From Treponema sp. (GTDB lineage Bacteria > Spirochaetota > Spirochaetia > Treponematales > Breznakiellaceae), in contig WRKT01000016.1 in the NCBI GenBank assembly GCA_009777995.1, positions 1 to 51,152 of the forward strand: a stretch of DNA of 51,152 nucleotides, given 5' to 3'. Each line of letters starts with the position of its first letter. Within the stretch, counting starts at the first letter, position 1. Below, in pieces: positions 35,120-45,624 of this stretch. The position numbers were made by a program, and so were the translations under genes. Below the pieces are notes generated by a model. That model worked only from the letters and a program-made list of their open reading frames with translations. It did not search any database and was not told where the DNA came from.

Positions 35120-37567
35120 TTGCTTAGGGAGTTAAGTTTGAAGGTCAAACCTAATGCCAATAAAAAGTTCCTTCTATTTTCGTGTATCCTTTTACTCATT
35201 ATCTTTACCATAGCTACTTCGGCATATACAATTTCGGTTCGCCAAATAAACAGATCATATATAGAACAACAGCTCTCAATCGCGGCAGAAACCATTAGAC
35301 TTCGTCTTGCAACAACGATAAATAACGAGCTTCCTCTTGTGATGAAACTTGGTGATACTCCGGTCATTCGCCAATACTTTCTAGATCCATCTGATCCATA
35401 TCTTAGGGATCGTGCACATGCCGAATTTGAACTTTATCGAGAGCATTTTAGAACGAGGCTCATTTTCTGGATTAACGATGTTGATAAAATTTTTTATTTT
35501 ACAGGGAATGACCCGTATCTTATGGACCCTGATGATCCTGAAAACTACTGGTATAATCTTACACTTTTCCAAACCGAAACCCATAATTTAAATATTAATT
35601 ATAACCCTGAGCTTAGGCAGATTTATCTCTGGATAAATGTTCCTGTATTCTCGGAGACCGGAGTGCCGGTTGGGATGCTTGGAACCGGCATTGATCTGAC
35701 CGAATTCTCGGATTTTGTGTCTACTGCATATAGAGAATTCGACAGAAACATAACATCATATATGTTTAATAAGTTTGATGAAATTACTTCCGCTATGGAC
35801 ATTGAGCTGATGCATAATAAGGTTCGCTTAGACGATCACCTTGGAGATGCCGGAGCAGAACTTCTTATGATTTCACGCACACTAATTGATGAAGAAGTCA
35901 GTACCATCACAAGCGGAGGGATAATATATCAGTTAAGATCGATACCTGCAATGGAATGGTATCTTGCAGTGAGCTATCCGGCTCCCGGTTTTCTTTCATT
36001 AAATCAATCAATGAATACTGTGTTTTTTGGAATGCTATCTCTAATTTTGTTAATGTTCATTATAATGAACGTTTATATTCACCGCTCAGAAAATACACTG
36101 GCAGAAAATAATCTGCGATTAATTGAGGCAAATCGCATAGCAGAGTCTGCATCGCAGGCAGCGTTAGAGGCATCTCAGGCAAAAAGTGATTTCCTTGCAA
36201 ATATGAGTCATGAAATACGCACACCCATGAATGCTATTACAGGAATGTCAGAGCTTCTTCTCCGCAGAGACCTTAACGAAGATGCCCGAAGCGATGTCAG
36301 GGACATAAAACAGGCTGCAACCAGTCTTATTTCGATCATAAATGATATTCTTGACTTTTCAAAAATAGAAGCAGGCAAGCTTGAAATTATACCTGTTAAG
36401 TATATGCTTTCATTATTAGTAAACGATGTCGTTAATATAATCCGAACACGCATATTAGAAAAGCCGGTTCAACTTATTATGAAGGTCGATGAAAAAATTC
36501 CTGACAATCTTTTTGGAGACGAGGTCCGCTTACGGCAAATTATCCTTAACCTTCTTTCCAATGCTGCAAAGTTTACAGACGAGGGTCAAATAGTTTTATC
36601 AATTACTATAGAAAGCCAAAAAGGAAAGCAAGTTTTCCTAAAAATAGCTATAAGCGATACAGGGAGAGGTATCAAATCTGATCAAATAGAGAAACTTTTT
36701 TCAGATTTTATGCAGATTGATACAAGAAAGAACCGGAGCATTGAAGGGACAGGACTTGGACTTGCAATCACCAAACGGCTTTGCGACGCAATGGGCGCAA
36801 GCATTTCTGTGACAAGTGAATACGGCAAGGGCAGCATTTTTACAATAATTATGCCGCAAATAATTGACGGATACAATACATCTCCTTCATTAATAAATAA
36901 GTCTGAAAATTTTAGCATTAAAAGCATATTCCCTGACGCAAGACTTCTTATTGTAGATGATACGCCAATTAATTTAAAAGTTGCGGAAGGCCTTTTATTG
37001 CCCTATAAAGCAAAAATTGACACTTGCCTAAGCGGAGAAGAGGCAATTGAGATAATTAAACAAAGGCAGGGCGAGCAAGCTTACGATCTCGTTTTCATGG
37101 ATCACATGATGCCTGAAATGGACGGCATTGAAACTACCGCCGCAATCAGAGCTTTGGGAGTGCAAGTGCCAATAATAGCATTAACCGCAAATGCAGTATC
37201 CGGAATGAGAGAAATGTTTTTGGAAAAAGGATTTAACGATTTTCTTGCCAAACCAATTGATGTCTCTAAACTTGACGAAATACTTAGTAACTGGGTCACA
37301 AGTAAGAAGAGAGACTCGCAATTCGGCAATTCCGACATAATTGAAGACATAAATTCTTTAGTAGAAGAATTAAAAAAATTACAAATAGCCTGTGAGGATT
37401 ATAATGCAAAATCTGCATATTCAATACTTGATATCATAAATGAAAAAGAGTGGAAGCCTGAAACAATTACTGCAATAAAAGAAATCCGGAATGCATTATT
37501 ACATAAAGATTTCGCAGGCACCTGTAAACTGATTGATGTCTTAATTGAAAATAAGAAGGCTTCATGA
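35120..37567 (+). CDS. Hybrid sensor histidine kinase (periplasmic Cache-like sensor, HisKA, HATPase_c, REC)
   Basis: 815 aa. TM, a roughly 260 aa extracytoplasmic domain, TM, H-box [13 protein letters not shown] boxes ([23 protein letters not shown]), receiver (LLIVDD...[14 protein letters not shown]...KP), and a roughly 100 aa helical tail. TTG start with AAAGGAGGA ribosome-binding site. Confidence 0.85.
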   Translation: MLRELSLKVKPNANKKFLLFSCILLLIIFTIATSAYTISVRQINRSYIEQQLSIAAETIRLRLATTINNELPLVMKLGDTPVIRQYFLDPSDPYLRDRAHAEFELYREHFRTRLIFWINDVDKIFYFTGNDPYLMDPDDPENYWYNLTLFQTETHNLNINYNPELRQIYLWINVPVFSETGVPVGMLGTGIDLTEFSDFVSTAYREFDRNITSYMFNKFDEITSAMDIELMHNKVRLDDHLGDAGAELLMISRTLIDEEVSTITSGGIIYQLRSIPAMEWYLAVSYPAPGFLSLNQSMNTVFFGMLSLILLMFIIMNVYIHRSENTLAENNLRLIEANRIAESASQAALEASQAKSDFLANMSHEIRTPMNAITGMSELLLRRDLNEDARSDVRDIKQAATSLISIINDILDFSKIEAGKLEIIPVKYMLSLLVNDVVNIIRTRILEKPVQLIMKVDEKIPDNLFGDEVRLRQIILNLLSNAAKFTDEGQIVLSITIESQKGKQVFLKIAISDTGRGIKSDQIEKLFSDFMQIDTRKNRSIEGTGLGLAITKRLCDAMGASISVTSEYGKGSIFTIIMPQIIDGYNTSPSLINKSENFSIKSIFPDARLLIVDDTPINLKVAEGLLLPYKAKIDTCLSGEEAIEIIKQRQGEQAYDLVFMDHMMPEMDGIETTAAIRALGVQVPIIALTANAVSGMREMFLEKGFNDFLAKPIDVSKLDEILSNWVTSKKRDSQFGNSDIIEDINSLVEELKKLQIACEDYNAKSAYSILDIINEKEWKPETITAIKEIRNALLHKDFAGTCKLIDVLIENKKAS

Positions 37568-40500
37568 AATCGCGACCGGTATTTACTATAAAATTGATAG
37601 TCCCTTTGCTTTATACCGTCGCCATTATTGCTTTAGTCTTATATCAGTGGAATGAGCAAACAATTACAGTTAGACAAGGCGGCTCTAATCCATTATACCG
37701 CAACCTCATGGACTATCCTGCCTATATCCGGCATGGGTTTGATGTGTCAGATACCATTAGGATTCCACAGGAAAACAGCACATGGTTTCGTTTTTCTGCT
37801 CCTCAGCTAAGGATAATCAATTCTCCTCTGCCCGATCTTCCGCAAAGGACCTTCCTTTCAATTCGCGGCAGGGAAGCAGAGGAATTTACAATTATCATAC
37901 CCATAGAGTTTGACTCAACTGCATTGACTTCGGGAATTGAACCGGGGATTTATCTTGGTTATATAGGCGAGAACTGGGAGGTATACTTAAACGGACACCT
38001 CGTACAAAGACAAATGCACTTAAACGAGGCAGGTCAAATTATAAGCCGCAGGAACTGGAGAGGGGTACATTTCCCCTTTTCAGGCAGCATATTACTTGAA
38101 GGAACAAATATACTTGCTTTCAGAATCATTGGCGATCCTACATACGGTGTTACAGGGTTATATTACTCATCACCTTATTATATAGACGATTATAGTATAA
38201 TTAAACGACGACACCTTGATATTCTCTCTATGATTCTATGCGGCATTTTTGGCTATACAGGATTATATTACATGATAATCTTTCTTTCTGTAAGAAAGAA
38301 AAATGAGCTTTATAATCTTTATTATAGTATTTCTTCCATTATACTGTGTATTTATACGCTCATGTTCAGCGGAATAATAAATAATATAATTCCTAATTCA
38401 GATATAACGATTCGACTTGAATATGTATCATTATTTATGCTTGTTCCAATGCTCGGCTGTTTTATCGAGCATTTCGGAGCACAGAAAATAACAAAAATAA
38501 CGAGAGGTTTCCTCATTTTCTACGGATCATTGAGTCTGGCACAGATCTTTTTTAGCACCCAATTCGGCGATGACATTTTAATGATTTGGAGCGCCTCCGT
38601 TTTAATCTATTTTTCTTACATTTTCTTTTTTAATATAACGCGATACTATATCCGCAGAAGACGCAAAGAAAACATCGATACCTTAATAAGCAATATCCTT
38701 ATTGGCCTTGTGGTAGTCTACCTCTGTGGTATTTATGATGTTTTGGACATAATATTTTTCCATAATTCATCGAGCTTATTTTTATACAGCACCTTTATAT
38801 TCCACTTGGGCATGGCAATAACCCTATCGCAACGGTATCAGGAAATGTATGGTCAATTGGAAGAATCGAATATCATACTTGAAGAAAGAGTCCAAGAACG
38901 TACTTTGGAACTGGAAGAGCAGACAGCTATAGCTCTTGAAGCTTCAAAAGCGAAAAGTAATTTTCTTGCAATAATGAGCCATGAAATCCGCACCCCATTA
39001 AACGCAGTAATCGGTTTTTCGGAGATAGAACTTCGCAATGATCTTCCGTCTTCAATAAGAGAAAGCTTTACTCATATTCATCGATCAGGCTCCTTCCTTC
39101 TAGGAATAATAAATGAAATACTTGATATCTCCAAAATTGAATCAGGTAAACTCGATTTAATAAATGATGAATACGAAACTGCAAGCCTCCTAAGCGGAAC
39201 CATAAGCCTTAACAGGGTAAGAATTGGCGAGAAACCGATACAGTTCATCCTGGAAATAGACTCAGGGTTCCCGACAAAACTTATAGGGGACGAACTGCGA
39301 GTTAGACAAATACTTAATAATCTGCTATCCAATGCAATAAAATATACAAACGAAGGGACAGTAAAACTAGCAGCAAGCAGCGAAAAGACAGGAACCAACG
39401 AAGTCCGGATACAGTTTACGGTGACTGACACAGGCATCGGCATAGACTCGGAAAGCATGGAAAAGCTCTTCGATAATTATACACAGCTTGATACACAGGC
39501 TAATAGAAGAAACGAAGGAATCGGCCTTGGCCTTGCAATTACGAAAAGCCTTGCCGAGATGATGGGAGGCGGCATTTCTGTAGAAAGTGAATACGGCTCC
39601 GGCTCATGTTTTACTGCATGGATTATTCAGGAGCAAAATGACATAGAGATAATCGGAGAAGAAACGGCGGAAGCCTTACGGAGCTTCAGCTATGCATTTG
39701 ATATAAACCCTGAAAGTTCTATTCAGGAAAGAAACCAAATTGAATCAATTGATATACCTGAAGGCAGGATTTTGGTAGTAGATGATATACCTGAAAACCT
39801 GCTTGTCGTAAGAGGGTTCTTAAAACCTTATGGTCTTCAAATAGATACAGCAGGGTCAGGAAGGGAGGCCATTGAACTTATAGAGAAGACTAATATTTCC
39901 GGAGAAAGCTATCATCTTATTTTTATGGATCATATGATGCCCGAGATGGATGGCGTTGAAACCTTAAAAAATATCAGAAAATTAGGTGTCGAGACACCTA
40001 TGATCATTCTAACATCAAATGCATTAAGGGGCATGAATGAATTTTATATGGAACATGGGTTTCAAGATTACCTTTCAAAACCAGTAAACCCTAATGAGCT
40101 GGATAGTGTTTTAAGGAAATGGCTTATTAATGATAACTCCTCAATAGATGATAATATCAATTTTACTACTGCACTAAACACACAAAGACTGGATAAACTA
40201 AACCATTTTCGCTTTGCCTTTGATTCAGGTAGAGATATCGAACCTGCATTTTTTAAGAGATTTAACGCTTTAATTCAGACACTCAGAACAGTTAACAATG
40301 AGCTTGCAGAAGCTCTGATTGAAGCAGGAAATAATGAAGATGCCAAAAAGATCCGTGAAATACTTCCGGATTTTTTTAACATAATGGAGAATCAATTAAT
40401 AGAAAGCAGAAATAGGAGAATAGAGGAATTCGATTTTTTAGAAATTCTAAAGCGCATAAAAAAATTGATTGAAGATGATGAAATTACCGAAGCCGGGAAA

Positions 40501-40635
40501 ATATTAAAAGATATTGGGATGATGAACTTAAACCAAGAAGAACGAGACCTATACTTTATCCTATACGATTCCTTAATGGAAGATAAACTCGAAAAAACCA
40601 TCGAAGATATAGATAAGTTTTTAATGCAAGCATGA
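37564..40635 (+). CDS. Hybrid sensor histidine kinase with 7TMR-DISM (7TM receptor with extracellular DISMED2-like domain) input
   Basis: 1023 aa. Signal/TM, a roughly 190 aa extracellular domain, 7 TM helices, H-box [11 protein letters not shown], HATPase ([23 protein letters not shown]), receiver (ILVVDD...[14 protein letters not shown]...KP), and a roughly 270 aa C-terminal helical region without a recognisable Hpt HxxKG motif. ATGA overlap with the upstream kinase. Confidence 0.85.
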   Translation: MKSRPVFTIKLIVPLLYTVAIIALVLYQWNEQTITVRQGGSNPLYRNLMDYPAYIRHGFDVSDTIRIPQENSTWFRFSAPQLRIINSPLPDLPQRTFLSIRGREAEEFTIIIPIEFDSTALTSGIEPGIYLGYIGENWEVYLNGHLVQRQMHLNEAGQIISRRNWRGVHFPFSGSILLEGTNILAFRIIGDPTYGVTGLYYSSPYYIDDYSIIKRRHLDILSMILCGIFGYTGLYYMIIFLSVRKKNELYNLYYSISSIILCIYTLMFSGIINNIIPNSDITIRLEYVSLFMLVPMLGCFIEHFGAQKITKITRGFLIFYGSLSLAQIFFSTQFGDDILMIWSASVLIYFSYIFFFNITRYYIRRRRKENIDTLISNILIGLVVVYLCGIYDVLDIIFFHNSSSLFLYSTFIFHLGMAITLSQRYQEMYGQLEESNIILEERVQERTLELEEQTAIALEASKAKSNFLAIMSHEIRTPLNAVIGFSEIELRNDLPSSIRESFTHIHRSGSFLLGIINEILDISKIESGKLDLINDEYETASLLSGTISLNRVRIGEKPIQFILEIDSGFPTKLIGDELRVRQILNNLLSNAIKYTNEGTVKLAASSEKTGTNEVRIQFTVTDTGIGIDSESMEKLFDNYTQLDTQANRRNEGIGLGLAITKSLAEMMGGGISVESEYGSGSCFTAWIIQEQNDIEIIGEETAEALRSFSYAFDINPESSIQERNQIESIDIPEGRILVVDDIPENLLVVRGFLKPYGLQIDTAGSGREAIELIEKTNISGESYHLIFMDHMMPEMDGVETLKNIRKLGVETPMIILTSNALRGMNEFYMEHGFQDYLSKPVNPNELDSVLRKWLINDNSSIDDNINFTTALNTQRLDKLNHFRFAFDSGRDIEPAFFKRFNALIQTLRTVNNELAEALIEAGNNEDAKKIREILPDFFNIMENQLIESRNRRIEEFDFLEILKRIKKLIEDDEITEAGKILKDIGMMNLNQEERDLYFILYDSLMEDKLEKTIEDIDKFLMQA

Positions 40636-40742
40636 ATAAATATACCCATAGGGCCGGTAAAAAGTGTCCAAATGTCTAACCGTATATGGCCGCCTTTCCC
40701 CGGTTTTTTTCCCGGGAAAAGGATATACTTTAATATAGGCGT

Positions 40743-41372
40743 ATGATTAAAATTCTAATCGTAGAAGATCAAACCATGCTGCGTAACTCATTGGAATATC
40801 TTATAAACGGACAAAATGACATGGAAGTGGTGGGAACGGTGGATGACGCTGCCAAAGCACCGGGCCTATGCCGCGAATTACAGCCTGATCTAGTCTTGAT
40901 GGATGTGGTAACCAAGAATAATACAACCGGCATTCACGCAAGCGGAATACACTTTACAGCCGATATACGCAAGGAATTTCCGGATATAAAAATAGTAATT
41001 ATGACAGGGCTCCCCGAAATAACATTTGTAGAAGAGGCAAGGAGAGCAGGTGCTCATAGCTTTGTGTATAAGGAAATGGATAATGAGCATCTATTTCATG
41101 TTATTCGCACCACAATGAAAGGCTACTCTATCTATTCAGGCTCTTCAGATCACATGCCCTTTGCAGCAAGTTTTACGGAAAAAGAAATCGCAGTAATCCG
41201 CCTTGTATGCAAGGGGATGGCCCGCGATGAGATAGCGAAAAAAATGAATGTTTCAGAATCCATGATAAAGCAATATATTACCTCCATTCTGGATAAAACA
41301 GGGTTTGACAGTATTTCCAAATTTGCAATATACGCGGTGGGACAGGGTCTCGTTGCCCCGGATATCCATTGA
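40743..41372 (+). CDS. LuxR/FixJ-family response regulator (REC + HTH_LuxR) with atypical receiver
   Basis: 209 aa. The REC has a single acidic pair (ED), the phospho-acceptor LMDV, and a roughly 20 aa insertion (TKNNTTGIHASGIHFTADIRKEF). The C-terminal LuxR HTH is TEKEIAVIRLVCKGMARDEIAKKMNVSESMIKQYITSIL. Confidence 0.75.
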   Translation: MIKILIVEDQTMLRNSLEYLINGQNDMEVVGTVDDAAKAPGLCRELQPDLVLMDVVTKNNTTGIHASGIHFTADIRKEFPDIKIVIMTGLPEITFVEEARRAGAHSFVYKEMDNEHLFHVIRTTMKGYSIYSGSSDHMPFAASFTEKEIAVIRLVCKGMARDEIAKKMNVSESMIKQYITSILDKTGFDSISKFAIYAVGQGLVAPDIH

Positions 41373-41477
41373 CAAAGTGTTCTGTAAAAACCGGCCATAA
41401 GTACAGTACAAATTAGCCATAATTCACCAATTTCTTCAATTAAAAGGGTACTATTTCTCCTGATAACCGGCAAAAGT

Positions 41478-42722
41478 ATGGGGGTGATTATGATGAAAAA
41501 TGGTCCCGTTTTTAAGATAGGCGGTTTCTTTATTTTCTTCCTTTTCATTCTTCTTGCAGGATGTTCCGATGCTTATGATTCTTATATTGATGATAGGGGA
41601 ACGACAGGCACAATCATAATTAACCTTAATGGAGATAATGCACATAATAGAGCAACTACCGGCTTCCCTCCAAGGGACACACCTCTAGGAGGTGCAACCG
41701 GCCCGGATCTCGCAGACCTAACTTTCAAAGTCTTTCTCAATGGCAGCGAAGCAACAGGCAGCAGAACCCATGACGCAGGTATAGATGTTGTTAAGTTCAT
41801 AGTTCAAGCGGGCACATACGATATTCGTATAGAATTTTACGAGCCAATAGCCGGTGTTCCTGTACTCTATGCAACAGGGGAAGAGTACCATGTACAAGTA
41901 GCTGCAGGTGAAAATAAAACCATATCGATTACGATGCAAGAAGCCCTGACCGTTACTTTCGAGTATAACGACGGAAGGACTGTAAAAGTTCAGGCAGGCA
42001 ATGGGGACTACCTTCCTAAGCTCACCGCTCCAATAAGAGGCGAAACGGGCTGGTACGAATTTGAAGGTTGGTATCAGGATGACTCATTGACTGACCCTTG
42101 GGATTTTGACTTTCACACGGTTCTAATTGATACATCATTATATGCCAAGTGGATACCGCTAATGGACATCGGTGATGACGGCCCGGGCGGCGGCATAATC
42201 TTCCATGTTGATCTTGACGGTTTTCCTGTAGAAGGCTATGGCGACCCCGGTGATGCGGGTTATTTTCCGAGCTATACTGCGCATTATTTAGAAGCCGCGC
42301 CTCAAGATTCTTCTGTTGTTACATTTACTTTTGAATGGGGAGCAAACAATACATTAATACAAAACGGATTATCAACATACCCGGCAGATACAGATCCATT
42401 TTATAACACAATAGGCAATGGCAGAAAGGATACTCAGATTATTGTTGCATATTTAAGTACAACGACTGAAACAAACAGAGCTGCACAGGTTGCTGCTGCC
42501 GCTACATTTGGCAGTCAAAACGATTGGTTTTTGCCCAGTATTGGAGAATGGCGTTTATTATATGAACAAAGAGGTTTAGATAATATTAACCTTACTATTA
42601 CTTCTGATTACTGGTCTTCGTCACAGATCAGTGATACACAAGCATGGCGACAAATTTTTGCCACTGGTAACCAGAACGGTAAGACTTGGGCATTCAGAGC
42701 CCGCGCAATCAGAGCTTTCTAG
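41478..42722 (+). CDS. Lipoprotein with InlB B-repeat-like module and C-terminal DUF1566 (Lcl-like) domain
   Basis: 414 aa. Lipobox LLAGCSD. The mid-region TVTFEYNDG...YEFEGWYQD...WDFDFHTVLIDTSLYAKW resembles the Listeria-Bacteroides/InlB B-repeat. The C-terminus (...NDWFLPSIGEWRLLY...SDYWSSSQ) is DUF1566-like. Confidence 0.6.
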   Translation: MGVIMMKNGPVFKIGGFFIFFLFILLAGCSDAYDSYIDDRGTTGTIIINLNGDNAHNRATTGFPPRDTPLGGATGPDLADLTFKVFLNGSEATGSRTHDAGIDVVKFIVQAGTYDIRIEFYEPIAGVPVLYATGEEYHVQVAAGENKTISITMQEALTVTFEYNDGRTVKVQAGNGDYLPKLTAPIRGETGWYEFEGWYQDDSLTDPWDFDFHTVLIDTSLYAKWIPLMDIGDDGPGGGIIFHVDLDGFPVEGYGDPGDAGYFPSYTAHYLEAAPQDSSVVTFTFEWGANNTLIQNGLSTYPADTDPFYNTIGNGRKDTQIIVAYLSTTTETNRAAQVAAAATFGSQNDWFLPSIGEWRLLYEQRGLDNINLTITSDYWSSSQISDTQAWRQIFATGNQNGKTWAFRARAIRAF

Positions 42723-42727
42723 AAAAT

Positions 42728-42745
42728 AAACCTCGTATGAGGTTT
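42728..42745 (+). repeat. Conserved intergenic hairpin element copy 1 (AAACCTC-GTAT-GAGGTTT)
   Basis: Palindromic CTCGTATGAG core immediately after the stop of gene 41478-42722 and 25 nt before the AGGA ribosome-binding site of gene 42771. One of three copies. Confidence 0.6.
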
Positions 42746-42770
42746 CAAACACTATTTAAAGGATTTAATT

Positions 42771-43754
42771 ATGGCTTTTTGTACAAACTGCGGGGCAGAT
42801 GCTAAAGATATTAATTTTTGCCCAAAATGCGGGACCCGGGTGGGCAATGCACCGGCGGCTGCACCGGAGCCGGCTGCTCAAGCGGCACCCCAACCACGGA
42901 CTGTAACAGTCGGGCAGGTAAGAAAATGCCCATCCTGCGGCTCTCCGATTGAATCCTTTCAATCCAGATGCGGTGCCTGTGGTCATGAGATCAACTCTGC
43001 AGGGGTATCGGAGGCCATAAAAGAGTTTACCACGCAGATCAATTCTCTTGATGAAAAGATTGCAAGAGAAAAGGTGGTGCCTGAGAAAAAATCTTCCTCT
43101 TCTTCATCCAAGATGCCCAAAATGTCCAAGAGAACCCAAAGGTCCCTTGTAAGAACAGGCACTGCAGGTGTTGCAGGTGCTGTAATTAGCTCTACCCTTA
43201 CAAGCTCGAGTAGTAATAAATCCGGATCAGGCTCGGGAAAATCTGTTGTAGGAGGCTTCCTGCTTATAGGCTTCTTTGTAGGCGTTATTGCGCTAATCGT
43301 AAAAATTACAAAGAATTTCAGGAACGCAATCGCACGCCCTGTAATGTCACCATCGGAGAAGGTGAAAAAAAGCTATATAGAAAATTTTGTTGTACCAAAC
43401 ACCAGAGAAGACATGCTGGAATTTGTTCTCCTTGCATCATCAAAAGCTGAAAGCGTTATAGAACTCGGGTCAGGCGAAACAATGGGTGAAATATCAAGCG
43501 CACATTATTGGGCAAAGGTATGGGAGAACAAGTGCAGAAAGGTCGAAGACAGGGCCCTTATAGCCTTGCAGGGCGATTCCCAGACCCTTAGCCAAATCAA
43601 AAGCTTCCATGACAGATCAAAGGAAAAATTCTTAACAATTACAAAGGCAAAAAAGAAGGGGCAAGTTAAATCCATCATCCTCTTCATATTTATGCTTACC
43701 TTAATCGTAATAGTAACTTTATTCATCTTATTTTTATTGCTCATGTTTATTTAA
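42771..43754 (+). CDS. Double zinc-ribbon membrane protein (YdjG/TcaA-like architecture)
   Basis: 327 aa. Two zinc ribbons (CTNCGADAKDINFCPKCG and CPSCGSPIESFQSRCGACGHE), an Ala/Pro-rich linker, a Ser-rich low-complexity stretch, a TM helix (GFLLIGFFVGVIALIV), a soluble region, and a C-terminal TM helix. Confidence 0.6.
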   Translation: MAFCTNCGADAKDINFCPKCGTRVGNAPAAAPEPAAQAAPQPRTVTVGQVRKCPSCGSPIESFQSRCGACGHEINSAGVSEAIKEFTTQINSLDEKIAREKVVPEKKSSSSSSKMPKMSKRTQRSLVRTGTAGVAGAVISSTLTSSSSNKSGSGSGKSVVGGFLLIGFFVGVIALIVKITKNFRNAIARPVMSPSEKVKKSYIENFVVPNTREDMLEFVLLASSKAESVIELGSGETMGEISSAHYWAKVWENKCRKVEDRALIALQGDSQTLSQIKSFHDRSKEKFLTITKAKKKGQVKSIILFIFMLTLIVIVTLFILFLLLMFI

Positions 43755-43772
43755 ATACACAGGAGGAGTGTT

Positions 43773-45260
43773 ATGCCAATTTTCGGAAACAAGGACAAAT
43801 CAAACAAGGGCGGCGCATTTGCCGACATGATTATGAGCCCCGAGCAGAATAGGGATTGGCTCATTTACAAATGGCGGCCCGAGGGGGAAGAAGCAGGAAG
43901 TACAAGACGTGAAAATTCCATCCGCTATTCTTCGGGTCTTACGGTTAGACAGGGGGAAGTCGCTGTTTTCCAGTATGCAGGGACAGTTCCCGGCGGAAGT
44001 CAGGATTATATCGAAGGTTACTATAGCGATTCCATCAAAACAGCAAACCTTCCGATCCTTGCAAACATAGTTGGTGCTGCTTACGGAGGAGGCACTCCAT
44101 TTGCTGCCCAAGTTTATTTCATCAACCTTGCAGGTGTAAATCAGGTGCAATTCGGTGTTCCATATTTTAACATGTTCGATCCACGTCTTCCCGATCATCC
44201 TGTCGAGGTAACTGTTCGGGGAACCATCACTTTTAAAATAGTCGATTATGTAAACTTTGTTAACTTACAGTCTCTTGTCGATTTTGACATGAGTAAATTC
44301 AGCAACCAGGTGAAAAATGCTATCATCGACAATGTAAGAAATACAATGATGGACATTATGGTGAAGCTCGGACGGCCCCTTGCTCAAATCGAAACCTATA
44401 GGCGCGAGATAAAGGCAATTCTGGAGCCGGATTTGATGGCAAACTTGCTGAATATCTATGGTGTTACAATAGTGGATCTAAACCTTGCAGCCATAGAAAT
44501 CAACAAAGAATGTGAAGGGTATCAGAAGATGGCCAAGCTTACCCAAGTACAGGCAGAAACTCAGATCGAACTTGGTGCCCAGGGAATGAGAGATCAGTAT
44601 GCAATAAATATGCAGACTAACGCTGCGATGGCTGCTGCACAGGTTGAAAACCAGGCGGAGGCAATGCGCATTAATCGTGAGGAAAACCAATACGCCCAGA
44701 GAATGCAGACAGACCTTGGCGGTATGGAACTGCACAGGCTCAGGGCGCAGACAGAAATGGTTAGTGCAACTGCAGCCGGAATGGGTGCTATGGGCGCAGG
44801 TGGTTCCGGAGGCGGCGGCCTTAACCCGGGCGCGATGGTCGCAGGGATGGCAATGGGCAGCACTGTCGGACAGAGTATGGCCGGCATGATGGGCAACGCG
44901 CTTAACAATATGAACCAACAGATGCCGGGTATGACACCTCCGGGCTTACCGCCGCAGGGAGCTCCGCCGCCGATACCGGGTGCAGCCGCACCCCCGCCCC
45001 CGGGAGCTCCGGTTGCAGCACCGCCAAGCTTAATGTTCAGCGTTTCAGTGGACGGGCAAGTATACGGCCCGTTCGACATGAATGCCCTTGTTCAAATGGC
45101 AGGCGCAGGCCAAATAAACGCCCAAAGCATGGTATGGAGAGAGGGGATGCCTGCTTGGCAACAGGCAGGAGCTGTACCTGAGCTTGCCGCACTATTCGCA
45201 GGTGCTTCGCCTCCGTCGCCTCCGCCGCCTCCTCTTCCCGGAGGAAATCATGGGCTCTAA
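43773..45260 (+). CDS. SPFH-domain protein of the Band_7_1 / YdjI (so-called virion-core-protein-like) type, with C-terminal polyproline tract and GYF-like (DUF4339) domain
   Basis: 495 aa. The N-terminal roughly 260 aa match the YdjI-type SPFH pattern (LIYKWRPEGEE...TVRQGEVAVFQYAG...YFINLAGVNQVQFGVPYFNMFDP...TVRGTITFKIVDYVNF). Then a Q/A/M-rich coiled region, a G/A/M-rich stretch, the polyproline PPGLPPQGAPPPIPGAAAPPPPGAPVAAPP, and a terminal domain FSVSVDGQVYGPFDMNALVQMAGAGQINAQSMVWREGMPAWQQAGAVPEL. Confidence 0.7.
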   Translation: MPIFGNKDKSNKGGAFADMIMSPEQNRDWLIYKWRPEGEEAGSTRRENSIRYSSGLTVRQGEVAVFQYAGTVPGGSQDYIEGYYSDSIKTANLPILANIVGAAYGGGTPFAAQVYFINLAGVNQVQFGVPYFNMFDPRLPDHPVEVTVRGTITFKIVDYVNFVNLQSLVDFDMSKFSNQVKNAIIDNVRNTMMDIMVKLGRPLAQIETYRREIKAILEPDLMANLLNIYGVTIVDLNLAAIEINKECEGYQKMAKLTQVQAETQIELGAQGMRDQYAINMQTNAAMAAAQVENQAEAMRINREENQYAQRMQTDLGGMELHRLRAQTEMVSATAAGMGAMGAGGSGGGGLNPGAMVAGMAMGSTVGQSMAGMMGNALNNMNQQMPGMTPPGLPPQGAPPPIPGAAAPPPPGAPVAAPPSLMFSVSVDGQVYGPFDMNALVQMAGAGQINAQSMVWREGMPAWQQAGAVPELAALFAGASPPSPPPPPLPGGNHGL

Positions 45261-45615
45261 TACAGGCTTTTCAATGGACAGACTTTTAGAATTTGGCATG
45301 AATGCCGCAGTCGCAGGTCAGGTTATGCGTAACATGAACCAAACAATGAGCGAAACAATGCAACCTTGGCCTGCTTCGATGAAGGGGCCCGGAACAACCA
45401 TGCCTCCATCACATCTATATTATGTTGCTCTTGACGGTAAACAGGCGGGGCCTTTTTCCGAGACCGAGATTATAAGGCTTGTGAACGAAAAAAGGATCAC
45501 AAAGGATACATTGGTTTGGCATCAGGGGATGCCTGCTTGGAAGCGAGCTGAAGACCTGCCCGAGATGCTTCGTATAATTGCACTTGCACCTCCGCCGCTT
45601 AATGTTATCGCATAA
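45250..45615 (+). CDS. Small stand-alone GYF-like (DUF4339) domain protein
   Basis: 121 aa from ATG 45250 (GGAGG ribosome-binding site; overlaps the upstream stop). YYVALDGKQAGPFSETEIIRLVNEKRITKDTLVWHQGMPAWKRAEDLPEM, then PPPL at the C-terminus. The track start at 45184 is an alternative start codon in the same frame. Confidence 0.6.
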   Translation: MGSNTGFSMDRLLEFGMNAAVAGQVMRNMNQTMSETMQPWPASMKGPGTTMPPSHLYYVALDGKQAGPFSETEIIRLVNEKRITKDTLVWHQGMPAWKRAEDLPEMLRIIALAPPPLNVIA

Positions 45616-45624
45616 GAAGATTCT

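Noticed and set aside
40655-40705. Imperfect GC-rich hairpin (CCTTTCCCCGG-ttttttt-CCCGGGAAAAGG) after the second sensor kinase
   Set aside because: Plausible intrinsic terminator, but there is a mismatch in the stem, the poly-T is in the loop, and no U-tract follows. Too weak to list as a feature.
44478-45079. Two overlapping minus-strand ORFs (146 and 161 aa), Gly/Pro/Ala/Cys-rich
   Set aside because: Antisense to the GC-rich Gly/Ala/Pro-coding tail of the SPFH gene. Low-complexity codon repeats generate long spurious antisense frames.
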